Below are positions 50,701 to 56,665 of a DNA stretch of 64,000 nt, piece after piece. The notes below the pieces were generated by a model. It was not told the DNA's origin. It saw nothing but the letters and a program-made list of their open reading frames with translations, and ran no database searches. The translations under genes and the position numbers were made by a program. Location: IMG/VR virus record IMGVR_UViG_3300005680_000002. One strand, written 5' to 3'. Every line of letters starts with the position of its first letter. Position 1 is the first letter of the stretch. Source of the DNA: an uncultured virus (IMG/VR IMGVR_UViG_3300005680_000002) (taxonomy: Duplodnaviria > Heunggongvirae > Uroviricota > Caudoviricetes).

Positions 50701-53018
50701 AGTTCGGCCAGCTCTCGACCGAAGCGCAGAAGGTTTATCGCGAGGCGCGCGACCACTACCGCAAGCATCACGCTGCGGTGCGGCAGGCGATCATCGATCG
50801 CATCATGCGCAGCGAGTTGCGGGAAGAGCGCCGCGCCGAGCTGCTGAAGCGCATGGACGCCGACTTCTTCAAAGCCATCAAGGGCGTGTACTTCCCGCTG
50901 TCGCGCTTCGGTCAATACGTCGTGGTGACGAAGGACGATGCCGGCAAGGTGGTGAGCGTGTCGCGCGCCGAGACCATGGCCGAGGCCGAGGCCATGCGCG
51001 CGGAGATGGTGAAGGCGTTCCCGGCCAGGGATGGGTATCAGGTCGGGCGCGTGACACTGAGCAAGGAGTTCATCGCCGGCCGCGACATGGTGGGCCGCGG
51101 GTTCATGACCGAGCTCTACGAGGCGCTGGACGAGCAGGGGCTGGATCCGCGTGTGCAGGCCGAGCTCGAAGACACCCTGGGGCAGCTCTACCTGTCGTCG
51201 CTCCCCGATCTGTCGTGGGCGAAGCACGGCATCCACCGCAAGGGAACGCCGGGCTTCTCGAGCGATGCGCGGCGCGCGTTCGCGCAGAACACGTTCCACG
51301 GCGCGCGCTACCTCGCCAAGCTGAAGTACGGCGACCAGATGCAGACCGAACTGGATCGGATGCAGAAGCACGTCGATGAGATGGCACCGATCGAGGGGTT
51401 CGATCAGCCGGCGGCGCAGCGTGTCGTGGATGAGATGAACAAGCGCCACGAAGCGACGATGAACCCCAAGGGGAACCCGCTCTCGACTGCGCTCACGAGC
51501 TTCGGCTTTGTCTACTACCTGGGCATTTCGCCGGCCGCTGCGGTGGTGAACCTGTCGCAAACGCCGCTGGTTGCCTACCCGGTGATGGGCGCAAAGTGGG
51601 GGTTCAGGAAGGCGGGCGCCGCGCTGATGGCGGCTTCGGCTGAAGTGGTGGAAGGCAAGAACGACCTTCGCGCCGTCCTGGCTGACCGGCTGAAGAACGA
51701 GCAAGACCCGAAGGCGAAGCGCAAGCACCAGGACGAGATCGCCGCCTACGACGAGGCGGTGCGAACCGGCGTGATTGACGTGACGATGGCCCACGACCTT
51801 GCCGGCATCGCGCAGGGCGAGGACGCCAAGGTGATGTGGAAGATCCGCCCGGTGATGCGGCTGGCGAGCTACCTGTTCCACCACGCCGAGCGCTTCAACC
51901 GTCAAGCGACGTTCCTGGCTTCCTACCGGCTGGCGCGCGACGCTGGCGCCAAGCACGACACCGCCTATTCGCAGGCGGTGAAGGCGACTTACGACGGGCA
52001 CTTCGACTACTCGACCGGCAACCGGCCGCGGGTGATGCAGGGCAACGTCGCCAAGGTAGTGCTGCTGTTCAAGCAGTACGCGCAGAACATGATCTACACG
52101 CTCGCGCGCAACGCCTACCAGTCAGTCAAGGGCGAGTCGCCCGAGGTTCGGCGCGAGGCGCGCAAGGTGTTCGGGGCGCTGATGACCACGCACGCGGCCG
52201 CTGCGGGCGTGCTGGGCCTGCCGATGGTGGGAACGCTGCTGACGCTGGCATCCGCGCTGGGCGGCAGCGACGATGAGCCGTGGGCCGCTGAGGTTGCGCT
52301 ACGCAACATGCTGGCCGACACATTCGGGACGAAGCCGGCCGAGGTGATCGCGAAGGGCTTTTCGCGCCTGACGCCGTGGGACATTTCCGGCCGCGTCGGC
52401 CTGGACAAACTGCTGCTGCCGGACGTGAATGAGAGCCTGGAGGGGCAGCGCTGGGCCGAATCGTTCGCTACCGCCATGCTTGGCCCGGTGATCGGCATGG
52501 GGGTGAATGCCGCCAAGGGCGCGCAGAAGATGGCAGATGGAGACTACGGCCGCGGGCTGGAGGACATGCTGCCGATCTTCGCGCGCAACCCGATCAAGGC
52601 GTACCGCCAGTACAGCGAAGGCGAAGTCGATCGCACGGGCGTGGTCATCAAGGACGAAGTGAGCTTGGCTGGCGTGCTGGGGCAGGCGTCCGGTTTCTCG
52701 CCGTCCGAGATCCGCTTGGCCTTCGAGGGGCGCAGCGCAGTGATGAGCGCCGATCGACGACTCAACGAGCGCCGCCAGGATCTGATGACGCAGTTCGCTC
52801 GGGCTGCGATGGATCAGGACCAGGACGGCATGACCGAGGCGCGCAGCGCAATCGCCGAGTTCAACAAGGTCAATCCCGGGCGCCGGATCACGCCGCCGCA
52901 GATGTGGCAGAGCGTGCGCAACCGCGAGCGCCGGATACGCGATGCAGACCAAGGAGTCTATCTGCCGCGAACTCGGCGCGACGTGATGGACGAAGGGCGG
53001 TTTGCCGAGGTTGGTTGA
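38787..53018 (+). CDS. darB: Giant DarB-like polyvalent virion protein (4743 aa): N6-MTase, SNF2 helicase, two HExxH peptidase-like motifs, ART-like domain, PLxRFG domain
   Basis: EPSMGTGNF (~42939), GNWPF (~43131), HEVGTGKT (~44958), VDEAHEFK (~45492), HEMMH (~48216), WFGDSKVVD..GQPLVVYHGT (~48690), HELVH (~49779), YFPLSRFG (~50890). Confidence 0.9.
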   Translation: MSEVDKFLDSYESPKTSGQKPAAPAAKPASEVDSLMETAPPQDKGFLGHARDLGLSAVKSAIAVPETLVGLADIPTGGRVGKFLENEGGAIGFRPKQAKEFLGEFNTDAYKDQQRQFQEADGILDKTAVAIQNPSLIANTVVESAAPMLAGGVAARGLLAGTRLGQAGAIAAERGATAAQQAQAAGRAAAAAGAIGEGTMMAGAQAEAIRQETDDGLLTAGQSGAAVATGLAGTLFGYLGGRVAQRFGLGDVDTMLARGANPQQVASEIAALPAKSIPRQVVEGAISEGFLEELPQSISEQIIQNLALGKDWSEGVEDAAVMGTLAGMAMGGGASLYSGMTRPEPQDGGLPPPAAGNEPPAAPPQGFAPTSERPVIDESALGRAGIFPPAPAPIINERTLEPAATPSQQMGLDPAAGPMSAAAALAVDTGASATMQQAAQAVDPETGEILETGARVPEQKQATDTPEQMRERLGFIEQQARVNGGWDRRTIEERDRLQAELAKIEPTADQSGAATEMVEPAPAIDVSGRTDEQLRVLENAGRDGWREAAVAEIKRRATQQPAETPVPAVEPAAQADVEQQAPTDIAQAPAATSPAIELPTQTPAPSPRSESAQPSEAIPPATSEGWDGMTAEQRTAILTKPGGWATAKGGLNVIGKKIAGQNWTKINPTTRATIERLMQGEQTANVPQAQQVAPQAQEAGGQEGEAAGGERAAPLDAIEQQRIESATISISLTPESAAATRINRKINAASNPAEKARLQGYYDFLLGAPNKAKDQGVRLEVSYQQGWSKGKSLRENILKGKPWYETDKRRDGNVWKWDMQREGVHIASGEAKSEKAADQAIEDAKLSAMESRGDFQKKQTSNTGSAQPNKPQSAQPAAPRFDSQSGTTRTQAERDLWEKGADSERTESDVGVTAGTQVRFVSLADAVATVREAEQAGVAMTPFQVHQATGIRVGDAERVIREAQAPAAAAALAQPSADVARPDEGKTGRAENPEFTTLKDRDGKTVTVRTADLSSTRERMPTFTKEGKRRTAWIHRDNLDPTGEKQAEGAKEMAGNPLFNVITTKDGGAFASEGAAERELRRLGLQDTHEVAPASEVSSGSSGFVVRRADTAKNMKPYVTQFVKDVRDGKVQMEQEQEGNEPAADGAQDQGRAEAVRGGRGDSQPGSAPADSGSVAPRQSEDGRPAGEAGDPGRSGVRVPGADVARSEGQPKGRASGDGRARAGGAGSPDAGAGGAGSAGDLGGVSSPAATSAQARDLHVDNPLEIVGGSPVQRFNRNRAALELLQTLTEEGRQATPEEQKVLAGYIGWGSFGQELFQGSWERPVYKDEGIWKERGQWLRDTLGESAWKSAQRSITNAHYTDPPTVLAMWDMVRRMGFDGGKVLEPSMGTGNFFSMMPADLKARSQLTGIELDETTGAIAKQLFPRSNVRIMGYQDSKTPDGFYDLIIGNWPFENTPVADRRYNKLNPMLHDYFFLKTMDQVRPGGIVIGITSAGSMDKQNTTIRRELAKQAELVAAIRLPSGAFEEYAGTKVVTDIVVLRKRPQRLVATPSDATWVETGDYKTPAGETIKVNRYYLDNPQNIIGTLDFGSGTNTFRAGMIVRRPENMAEQLQKAIELVPQGAMLPRGKVDHLTYYANETGERHGALALVNDRLMIAVGDQLVEANEARKYALKDAKKTAVREQQLRAAIDLRKKHAALVDAERGGRPANDARKALRGAYDAFVKAHGGLRDSFALEYLERINDPFFAELAALENDDGTPAAVMERSTTRGRRTLDNPSVRDAYVLARNQSVNPSVAEVARLAGKSEQAVKAELLGSGAVFEAPNGDVVPSDIYLSGNVRQKLREAQAALDDGNAAMSANIAALKEVMPEDVPYFNIETQFGATWVPNEAYAQYIAHMLGQSSPKGIEVSFRAGRWKVKMEPGLSRIPEAAANYGTPGYPFSRLVQAAISNQVLRLTSKDENGNDVYDAERTEEANARIAKIREDFGAWLWSDPERRQDLEREYNEARNAWATPTYDGSFLTFEGMALTLGNGAFQLRQHQVNAIWRAIVNRRSINAHEVGTGKTFTMGGIAVESRRYGIAKKPMLLAHNANSATVAAEIRMMYPSARVLYVDNLQGDKKEIRLRQIANDDWDVIVVPHSLISNLALREETMMRMAEDDIKALEAEFFDAAREDNINPETIDLDDDEDIAKIRSVTAKELAKARKRIIENIKKQAQKSSKEGAIAFEDLGVDMILVDEAHEFKKPPIVTRMKMKGLNTQVSNRSIALQFLTRYVRQMNNGGNVHTFTGTPITNTITEIYHQMRYVMEAEMEQATIADWDGWFGSFAAEVQDVELTAAGDYEMVSRLAGFVNVPELRAMVGQYMDTVFAEDMPEMRPRKVNGKELSDSALTEAERAELLNGRTEGAKDRPYKKVINDSADMTAEQMGIFTRLQQYAREWRAATGKQKKEWMRAGDVRSPIITEGIANKASFDVRLLDDEGFAGQEGRVPDEPTSKASRVVKNVLEIYNSHANANQVIFSENGFGKRATRSAGVHDGEKQKFTVPVFATMHDIVERLVQGGIPREQIAIVDGSTSKERRKEIAEAMNASTIRVVIGSTDTLGVGVNMQRNLRAMHHVDAPYMPGELEQRNGRGLRQGNQWNTVLEYRYMTDRLDGKRWQILAVKQRFINAFMKAAAGTRVIEGEAAADEQSDILESFSEAAGDPRILQRVKMQKKLETLNRKERMYTQGIADMRRQERSSAELADRLTRELKQLADSRTQANVEALIASQQQAFAATIDGTTYDTRKDAADALQAFIEANVRIGDSLKTVGEYAGHSLRIEWPRHMDAPVTQIDAFGQEFAGKGIAGAEAKMRNFPSVIENKAKRRDMERSTAENMRAAMNQPFAQAADLERITKQLQDLEKDLEINPVPPPAWLRQGAPIDSEVHRNKRPYIVTGHRYSKEGWFVIAEDDKGTVLIPYMEATDEVGMPMYEEREFVPPVVIEKEKEGAAPADAPADVVVDRAAQFAPANPLRNADGTFARQDPAGDSLAFSATLPRDRNAVRIGITEKGLVRAMRLQFDGLADVTSKLLERGRAGKRGGVIVVGTADNAEIGRIVAERTGRKLDSTMRKFSSAGRLNGFYDPKTGLTFLVAPNLNPVTATAVMLHEMMHGQQRQKIDARALEMVRNRHGLKDEDLRAFLDRVMLRMIGAGEVGNAAEASAYIVEQAVIEGRSAGYTFADGAFMQWVDAKIGKRVGDFLRSFAGMIRTWMLRNGLGAKAMTVDDFVGYAMAGLDRAAAGEVRGRANAQASIGSRAPQSEAFRRWFGDSKVVDERGQPLVVYHGTQADFSVFDASRLGETTSAKSAKNGFFFASNPDVASTYAFLDRENIRRANEIKLLIKENIEAGLVLRRKDKEKALDAIEDKDGFRRNLLARQEEIERRISELKKEQQDADKKDLYEWDSLAEDSDRERKFLATRINGSVVYPVYLSIQNPLYHEFSGGTYRDETYASLVERAIKNGNDGLVLRNTTDSATGHAHSSPTTDIFVAFRPEQIKSAVGNNGDYDPDNDNILFSRSVGDAPAQEAQRVQSAIEGKTLIEAAQFLTRSKDGAKAAVAQKVLEKLQRLEKAGVTLDLKIVHRGDMAPASMVNARGYTETGFDEKGRDIVVWLNGADVTGKVGTEEEVLLHELVHAATAGMVFHGTQTPGSLAGKHARDLMAVTDAIAEHIRKRFDAADAGKATLTEFEQDMREGANNAFRSDDEVLAWALSSGEAQAYLETIPYRSGSMWSNFVQAVRNLLGLSARNDTALSEVLRVAERILTDDAPNAGRAAFWHKRNIRMAQQQIRGSIVQTAERGADDLQFSRSGLENAQQAAKNIGAGLKAITVQDVKRAGKHRLTDWLKLGLQFLGRRQIVDVYGDVLPLAEYDRLAAQMEADKNDVGAAADELARRWGKLPDEGKLADLMHDATLAQIDADSAVEYVPGDDLAKSRALKAQFGQLSTEAQKVYREARDHYRKHHAAVRQAIIDRIMRSELREERRAELLKRMDADFFKAIKGVYFPLSRFGQYVVVTKDDAGKVVSVSRAETMAEAEAMRAEMVKAFPARDGYQVGRVTLSKEFIAGRDMVGRGFMTELYEALDEQGLDPRVQAELEDTLGQLYLSSLPDLSWAKHGIHRKGTPGFSSDARRAFAQNTFHGARYLAKLKYGDQMQTELDRMQKHVDEMAPIEGFDQPAAQRVVDEMNKRHEATMNPKGNPLSTALTSFGFVYYLGISPAAAVVNLSQTPLVAYPVMGAKWGFRKAGAALMAASAEVVEGKNDLRAVLADRLKNEQDPKAKRKHQDEIAAYDEAVRTGVIDVTMAHDLAGIAQGEDAKVMWKIRPVMRLASYLFHHAERFNRQATFLASYRLARDAGAKHDTAYSQAVKATYDGHFDYSTGNRPRVMQGNVAKVVLLFKQYAQNMIYTLARNAYQSVKGESPEVRREARKVFGALMTTHAAAAGVLGLPMVGTLLTLASALGGSDDEPWAAEVALRNMLADTFGTKPAEVIAKGFSRLTPWDISGRVGLDKLLLPDVNESLEGQRWAESFATAMLGPVIGMGVNAAKGAQKMADGDYGRGLEDMLPIFARNPIKAYRQYSEGEVDRTGVVIKDEVSLAGVLGQASGFSPSEIRLAFEGRSAVMSADRRLNERRQDLMTQFARAAMDQDQDGMTEARSAIAEFNKVNPGRRITPPQMWQSVRNRERRIRDADQGVYLPRTRRDVMDEGRFAEVG
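42205..42522 (+). CDS. Nested out-of-frame gene (105 aa) inside the giant ORF
   Basis: AGGAG/AGGAAG upstream; third positions almost all G/C in this frame, whereas the giant frame here is A/T-ending and low-complexity. Confidence 0.7.
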   Translation: MNPLQMALRIKAERKQYEAEEVIHNPDLHQQILEAWRRDSPKMVARLEKQGILDDLAFVCQERMWRAAKDNRRAGLPVTDAREQAERDHLMLEPEEPEALETWAE

Positions 53019-54672
53019 TGCGCGGCCGGCGCAGGAAGTGGCGTAACCTGGCTGCGCCGGCTCTCCGAGAGGCTGGAGGAGCTGGCGCGGCCGGGGTGAG
53101 TAATTCGAGGCTCGCGGCAATGCGCTGCCCGATCCATGTCACGCAAGGATCGGCCCACGAGTTTCCAATCGCCTTGTACTTCGGCCCGTCCGCAGCGGGC
53201 TTGCCGCGATAGGTGATGTCCAGGTAGTCGTCTGGAAGTCCCTGGAGGCGTGCACATTCGGTGGGCGTTAATCGGCGCACCCTCATGTGCGCATCAGGCT
53301 GGCAATACCCGCTTTCCCAATCCTGCTGCCCCCATCCGAAACCATGCTTCCTCTCGGTCGCGCCGGATGCCGACATCGCGCCGGCCACCTGCGTCGTGGC
53401 AATCATCGGCACGCCCTGTCCCGGCTTGCCGCCTCCGGTGCTGATCGCCCCGCAGCGCTGGCCGTCGCCGCCTTCGAGGCGCACTTCATCGCGGCTGTTC
53501 TGTGCGAACGCGACCGCCTGCGTGCTGCCATCCGTATCAAGCGGCCCGGTGCGGTCGTGCCAGTGGTCGGGGTCTTGGCGGGCGTTGAAGGCGATGGCGA
53601 TTTGACCGCCTGCGTTCGCATGGCTCTTGTCGTGCCCCATGCTGCGCAACGTCGGCGCAACCTCGCCAGCATCCGCGCCGTAGTCTTTACACGAGAAGGC
53701 GACTGGAACCAGCGGCGTGCCGCGCCCCGTCCCGTCCTCGCTGGTGTCGAAGCCTTCGCCGCGTAGCGTGTGCGTGGTCGCTGGATAGGCCGCGATCGGC
53801 GCCTCGTGATTGCATGTCAGCGTCGGGCTACGGTCTAAGCCGATCTCGGCGCCGCCTTGGCCGTGGGCCATAGAGATGATCTTGTGGCCATTCACGTCGT
53901 CATTAGATTGGCCCATGTTGCGAACGCTGCGAGCGGTGAGCGCGCCGGTCACTTCAGGGGTGTAGCCACCGCTTGTAGCGCCTGCTTCAGCGCGGCCGGC
54001 AGATCCTTCCCTCGCTTCTCGGCTCGGCGCAGAATCCCGGCGCACGCCGTCCCACTCAAAAAGTACCGTTGCGGGATCGAACCCGTCTCGAGCACTTGCG
54101 ACAACGAACACACGGCGGCGGCGTTGGGCCAGTCCGAAGTATTGGGCGTCCAGGGTCCGCCAAGCGATTGCACGCGCGGGTCCATACACAGCACCAGCGT
54201 TCGCCCATTTTCCCCCTGGCGCTCGAAGCGGCTCATCTTCTCCGGCAAGGCCAGCCAGAAAGCACCCGAAAGCATTGTCCTTGGTCGAGAGGACGCCGGG
54301 GACGTTTTCCCAGAAGACGATTGCGGGGGGGCGTCCGTCTCGAACGCGAACAAAGTCGATTGCATCGGCAAGCTCCACGAATTTCAGGGTCAGGTTTCCG
54401 CGCTCGTCGGCGAGCGATTCGCGCAGGCCGGCGACGGAGAACGCCTGGCAAGGGGTGCCGCCCGCGAGCACGTCCGGGGCATCGACTTCGCCGGTCATCA
54501 CGCGCTTGGCGATGGTCGTCATGTCGCCGAGGTTCGGCACGGTCGGGTAGTGGTGCGCGAGGACGGCGCACGGGAACGGCTCGATCTCGGCAAACCATGC
54601 GGCCTGCCAGCCGAGCGGATGCCAAGCGACGGATGCGGCCTCGATGCCGCTGCAAACAGATCCGAATTTCAC
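52888..54672 (-). CDS. DNA cytosine-C5 methyltransferase (orphan), long variable region
   Basis: GTG 54672 after GGAGG; SVCSGIEA (I), GGTPCQAFS (IV), WENVPG (VI), QRRRRVF (VIII), RRLTPTECARLQG (IX), YKAIGNS (X). Confidence 0.92.
   Translation of the reverse strand: MKFGSVCSGIEAASVAWHPLGWQAAWFAEIEPFPCAVLAHHYPTVPNLGDMTTIAKRVMTGEVDAPDVLAGGTPCQAFSVAGLRESLADERGNLTLKFVELADAIDFVRVRDGRPPAIVFWENVPGVLSTKDNAFGCFLAGLAGEDEPLRAPGGKWANAGAVYGPARAIAWRTLDAQYFGLAQRRRRVFVVASARDGFDPATVLFEWDGVRRDSAPSREAREGSAGRAEAGATSGGYTPEVTGALTARSVRNMGQSNDDVNGHKIISMAHGQGGAEIGLDRSPTLTCNHEAPIAAYPATTHTLRGEGFDTSEDGTGRGTPLVPVAFSCKDYGADAGEVAPTLRSMGHDKSHANAGGQIAIAFNARQDPDHWHDRTGPLDTDGSTQAVAFAQNSRDEVRLEGGDGQRCGAISTGGGKPGQGVPMIATTQVAGAMSASGATERKHGFGWGQQDWESGYCQPDAHMRVRRLTPTECARLQGLPDDYLDITYRGKPAADGPKYKAIGNSWADPCVTWIGQRIAASLELLTPAAPAPPASRRAGAARLRHFLRRPRINQPRQTALRPSRRAEFAADRLLGLHRVSGARGCARSATSAAA
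53949..54371 (-). CDS. Overprinted alternative-frame ORF resembling M.EcoHK31I beta subunit
   Basis: SLSQVLETGSIPQRYFLSGTACAGILRRAEKRGKDLP..L..AL within the MTase gene. Confidence 0.7.
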   Translation of the reverse strand: MPMQSTLFAFETDAPPQSSSGKTSPASSRPRTMLSGAFWLALPEKMSRFERQGENGRTLVLCMDPRVQSLGGPWTPNTSDWPNAAAVCSLSQVLETGSIPQRYFLSGTACAGILRRAEKRGKDLPAALKQALQAVATPLK

Positions 54673-54860
54673 GCCGCCTCCTTCCGCTTCGACGCCCCGG
54701 TATTCGGCGGCGGCGGCAAGTTCGACACCGGCCGCGATTCGGCCCATTCCTGCACCTCGCGCTCCAGGCGCTCGATGGTTGCGGTAGACAGGGCGACAGC
54801 CTGGGCGACGGTGGGAAGGTCCAGGAAAACCGGGGTGATGGGGATCTTCTTCGCGCTCAT
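54669..54860 (-). pseudogene. AlpA-family excisionase/regulator with apparent internal deletion
   Basis: LDLPTVAQAVALSTATIERL joined directly to EREVQEW...LPPPPNTG; the usual FP.P..L....V.W wing is missing. Confidence 0.55.
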
Positions 54861-55387
54861 GCTGCACTCCCCGTGAGTCCCGCTTTCTCGACCTCGATCT
54901 TGATGCACGTCTCGTCCAGGTAGGCGCGGGCCTCCCGAAGAGTGAGCGAGCCGGCGAGCTTGCGGAGCACGATCGAGCACGCGCGCACGTCGTCGATGTC
55001 CTGCTGGGTGATCTCGTCGTCGAGCTCGAGCAGGCGCGCGAAGCGGGTGATGGGCTCGGTCTGAACGTCCGGCCAGCCCTTGCGCCGCGCGGCGACCTCG
55101 TAGAACTCGGCAATGCCGCGGATGGCCTGGGCGCTGTTGTGCCAGTCGTTCGTCCCAGGATCGTAGAGGACCGGCTCGCCGCCGGAATACTCGGCGGTGC
55201 CGTCGATCTCGAGCTTGGCGAGGATGCGATCGAGCGGCGCCCACACGCCGTGGATGTTCCATGGGATCAGGCGCAGCGGCAGATCGGCGCGGCTGGGCTT
55301 CTGGCGGGAAGCGCGCGGCGCGCGCCGCATCGCCTTCTCGAACTTGCGGCGGTCGGCGCGGGATAGCGATATTGGTTGGCTGTTCAT
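54857..55387 (-). CDS. Hypothetical phage protein (possible upstream GTG at 55489)
   Basis: ATG 55387 after CAGGA; good codon bias. Confidence 0.65.
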   Translation of the reverse strand: MNSQPISLSRADRRKFEKAMRRAPRASRQKPSRADLPLRLIPWNIHGVWAPLDRILAKLEIDGTAEYSGGEPVLYDPGTNDWHNSAQAIRGIAEFYEVAARRKGWPDVQTEPITRFARLLELDDEITQQDIDDVRACSIVLRKLAGSLTLREARAYLDETCIKIEVEKAGLTGSAA

Positions 55388-55485
55388 GTAGAAATCCTGT
55401 TGTCCATGTCCAAGGCTTGCGTGCTGCGGCGCGTTAAATGGCAAGCGCCGCCTGCCGCGCTCTTCGTTCCCATGCGTGGGCGCTG

Positions 55486-55752
55486 TCACGTCGTCGGCTC
55501 CTGAAGAGGCAGGGGTTGCTGCGGCGAGAGCAGCGCGAGGTGCGCCGCTTCCCCGCAAACGGAAAGGTGGTAGTCGAGCAGGCGCAGGCCGTCGTGGAAC
55601 TCGACGCTGCGCCCGATCTCTTCGCGCGCCATCTGGCCGAGCCAGCCGGCATGCTTGCCGAGCTTCCGCGATGCGGCCTGCAACTGGATGCCGTGCGAGC
55701 GCAGGTTGAGGGCGACGCGCTGCCAGTCGATGCGGATGCTCGGGGCAGGCAT
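55486..55752 (-). CDS. Small HTH-like protein
   Basis: IDWQRVALNLRSHG...ASRKLG...WLGQM...FHDGLRLL. Confidence 0.6.
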   Translation of the reverse strand: MPAPSIRIDWQRVALNLRSHGIQLQAASRKLGKHAGWLGQMAREEIGRSVEFHDGLRLLDYHLSVCGEAAHLALLSPQQPLPLQEPTT

Positions 55753-56219
55753 TACAGGGCTCTCCAGGCGGCGCCGTGGCCGTGGCGAAGGAACGGGATG
55801 TCGTCGTTTCCGAAGTCACCGAATCCGCCCTGGCTGCTGCCGGACTGCTGCGGCCGGGCGGGTGCGGCGGCCGAGCGCGGGGCTGGTGCGCGGGTTTCTT
55901 GCTGCTGCCCGTCGCTGGCGAACTCGATCGAGAGGACGCGGCCGACGAGTTTGTACCCGGTGCCGTTGCGACCCTCGAAGGTTTCGATATGCGGCTCCTC
56001 GAGCACGACGTCGACCTGTTTTCCCTTGAGCAAATGGGGGGCGAGTGATTCGGCGCGCTTCCCCCACATAGATGCCTCGATCCACTGCGTAGGGCGCTTG
56101 CCGTCGTCACCCTTGCGGCCGTAGTTGAAGGCCAGCGAGAGGTTGGCGACGGGTTCGTTGCTGGCGGTGTAGCGCAGCTCGGCGTCTTTGCCGATGCGGG
56201 CGAGTCCGGTGAGGATCAT
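55752..56219 (-). CDS. ssb: Single-stranded DNA-binding protein
   Basis: RIGKDAELRYT...VANLSLA...TQWI...WGKRAE...DDIPF (plus 12-aa tail after DDIPF). Confidence 0.92.
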   Translation of the reverse strand: MILTGLARIGKDAELRYTASNEPVANLSLAFNYGRKGDDGKRPTQWIEASMWGKRAESLAPHLLKGKQVDVVLEEPHIETFEGRNGTGYKLVGRVLSIEFASDGQQQETRAPAPRSAAAPARPQQSGSSQGGFGDFGNDDIPFLRHGHGAAWRAL

Positions 56220-56665
56220 TGCGTTGCTTCCTGAGTGGTTGATGCGGCGTTCTTCTTGACCCATCCGGCGCCGCGCCGGGTGTAGCCGAGCATGGCGGCG
56301 GCAATGGGATCGAGGATGGGGCTACGGCGGTTCTTGAAGGTCGTGCGCTTGCGGGCGATGGCGACCTTTTCAGGGTGGGCGGTGCGCCAGCGCTCGCACT
56401 TCTCGGCGTTGGTCATGTTCTGCGGGCGCGGCACATCCACGCCCGCGCCCCAGCGGTAGGTCGGCATCGCCGGTCCTTGCATGCTGCGGGTCCAGTCGGC
56501 GACGTGGATCTCGCCTTTCCGGTAGAGCTTGCGCAGCGTGTCGTGCGCCCAAGTGCGCGATGCGTCGGGGGCCATGGCCCACACGTCGCGCCATGTGAGA
56601 GCCTCGCCGGATTGCAGGCGGGCGCGCACCTGGGCGCTGATGCGCTTGAGATCGGGGCGGATCAT
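56216..56665 (-). CDS. Winged-HTH-like hypothetical protein
   Basis: LRKLYRKGEIHVADW...YRWG.G.D.PRP. Confidence 0.6.
   Translation of the reverse strand: MIRPDLKRISAQVRARLQSGEALTWRDVWAMAPDASRTWAHDTLRKLYRKGEIHVADWTRSMQGPAMPTYRWGAGVDVPRPQNMTNAEKCERWRTAHPEKVAIARKRTTFKNRRSPILDPIAAAMLGYTRRGAGWVKKNAASTTQEATQ

Noticed and set aside
54673..55113. N-terminal extension of the C5-MTase in the ORF track (741 aa)
   Set aside because: Motif I begins right after GTG 54672 with a GGAGG RBS; upstream part overlaps two better genes
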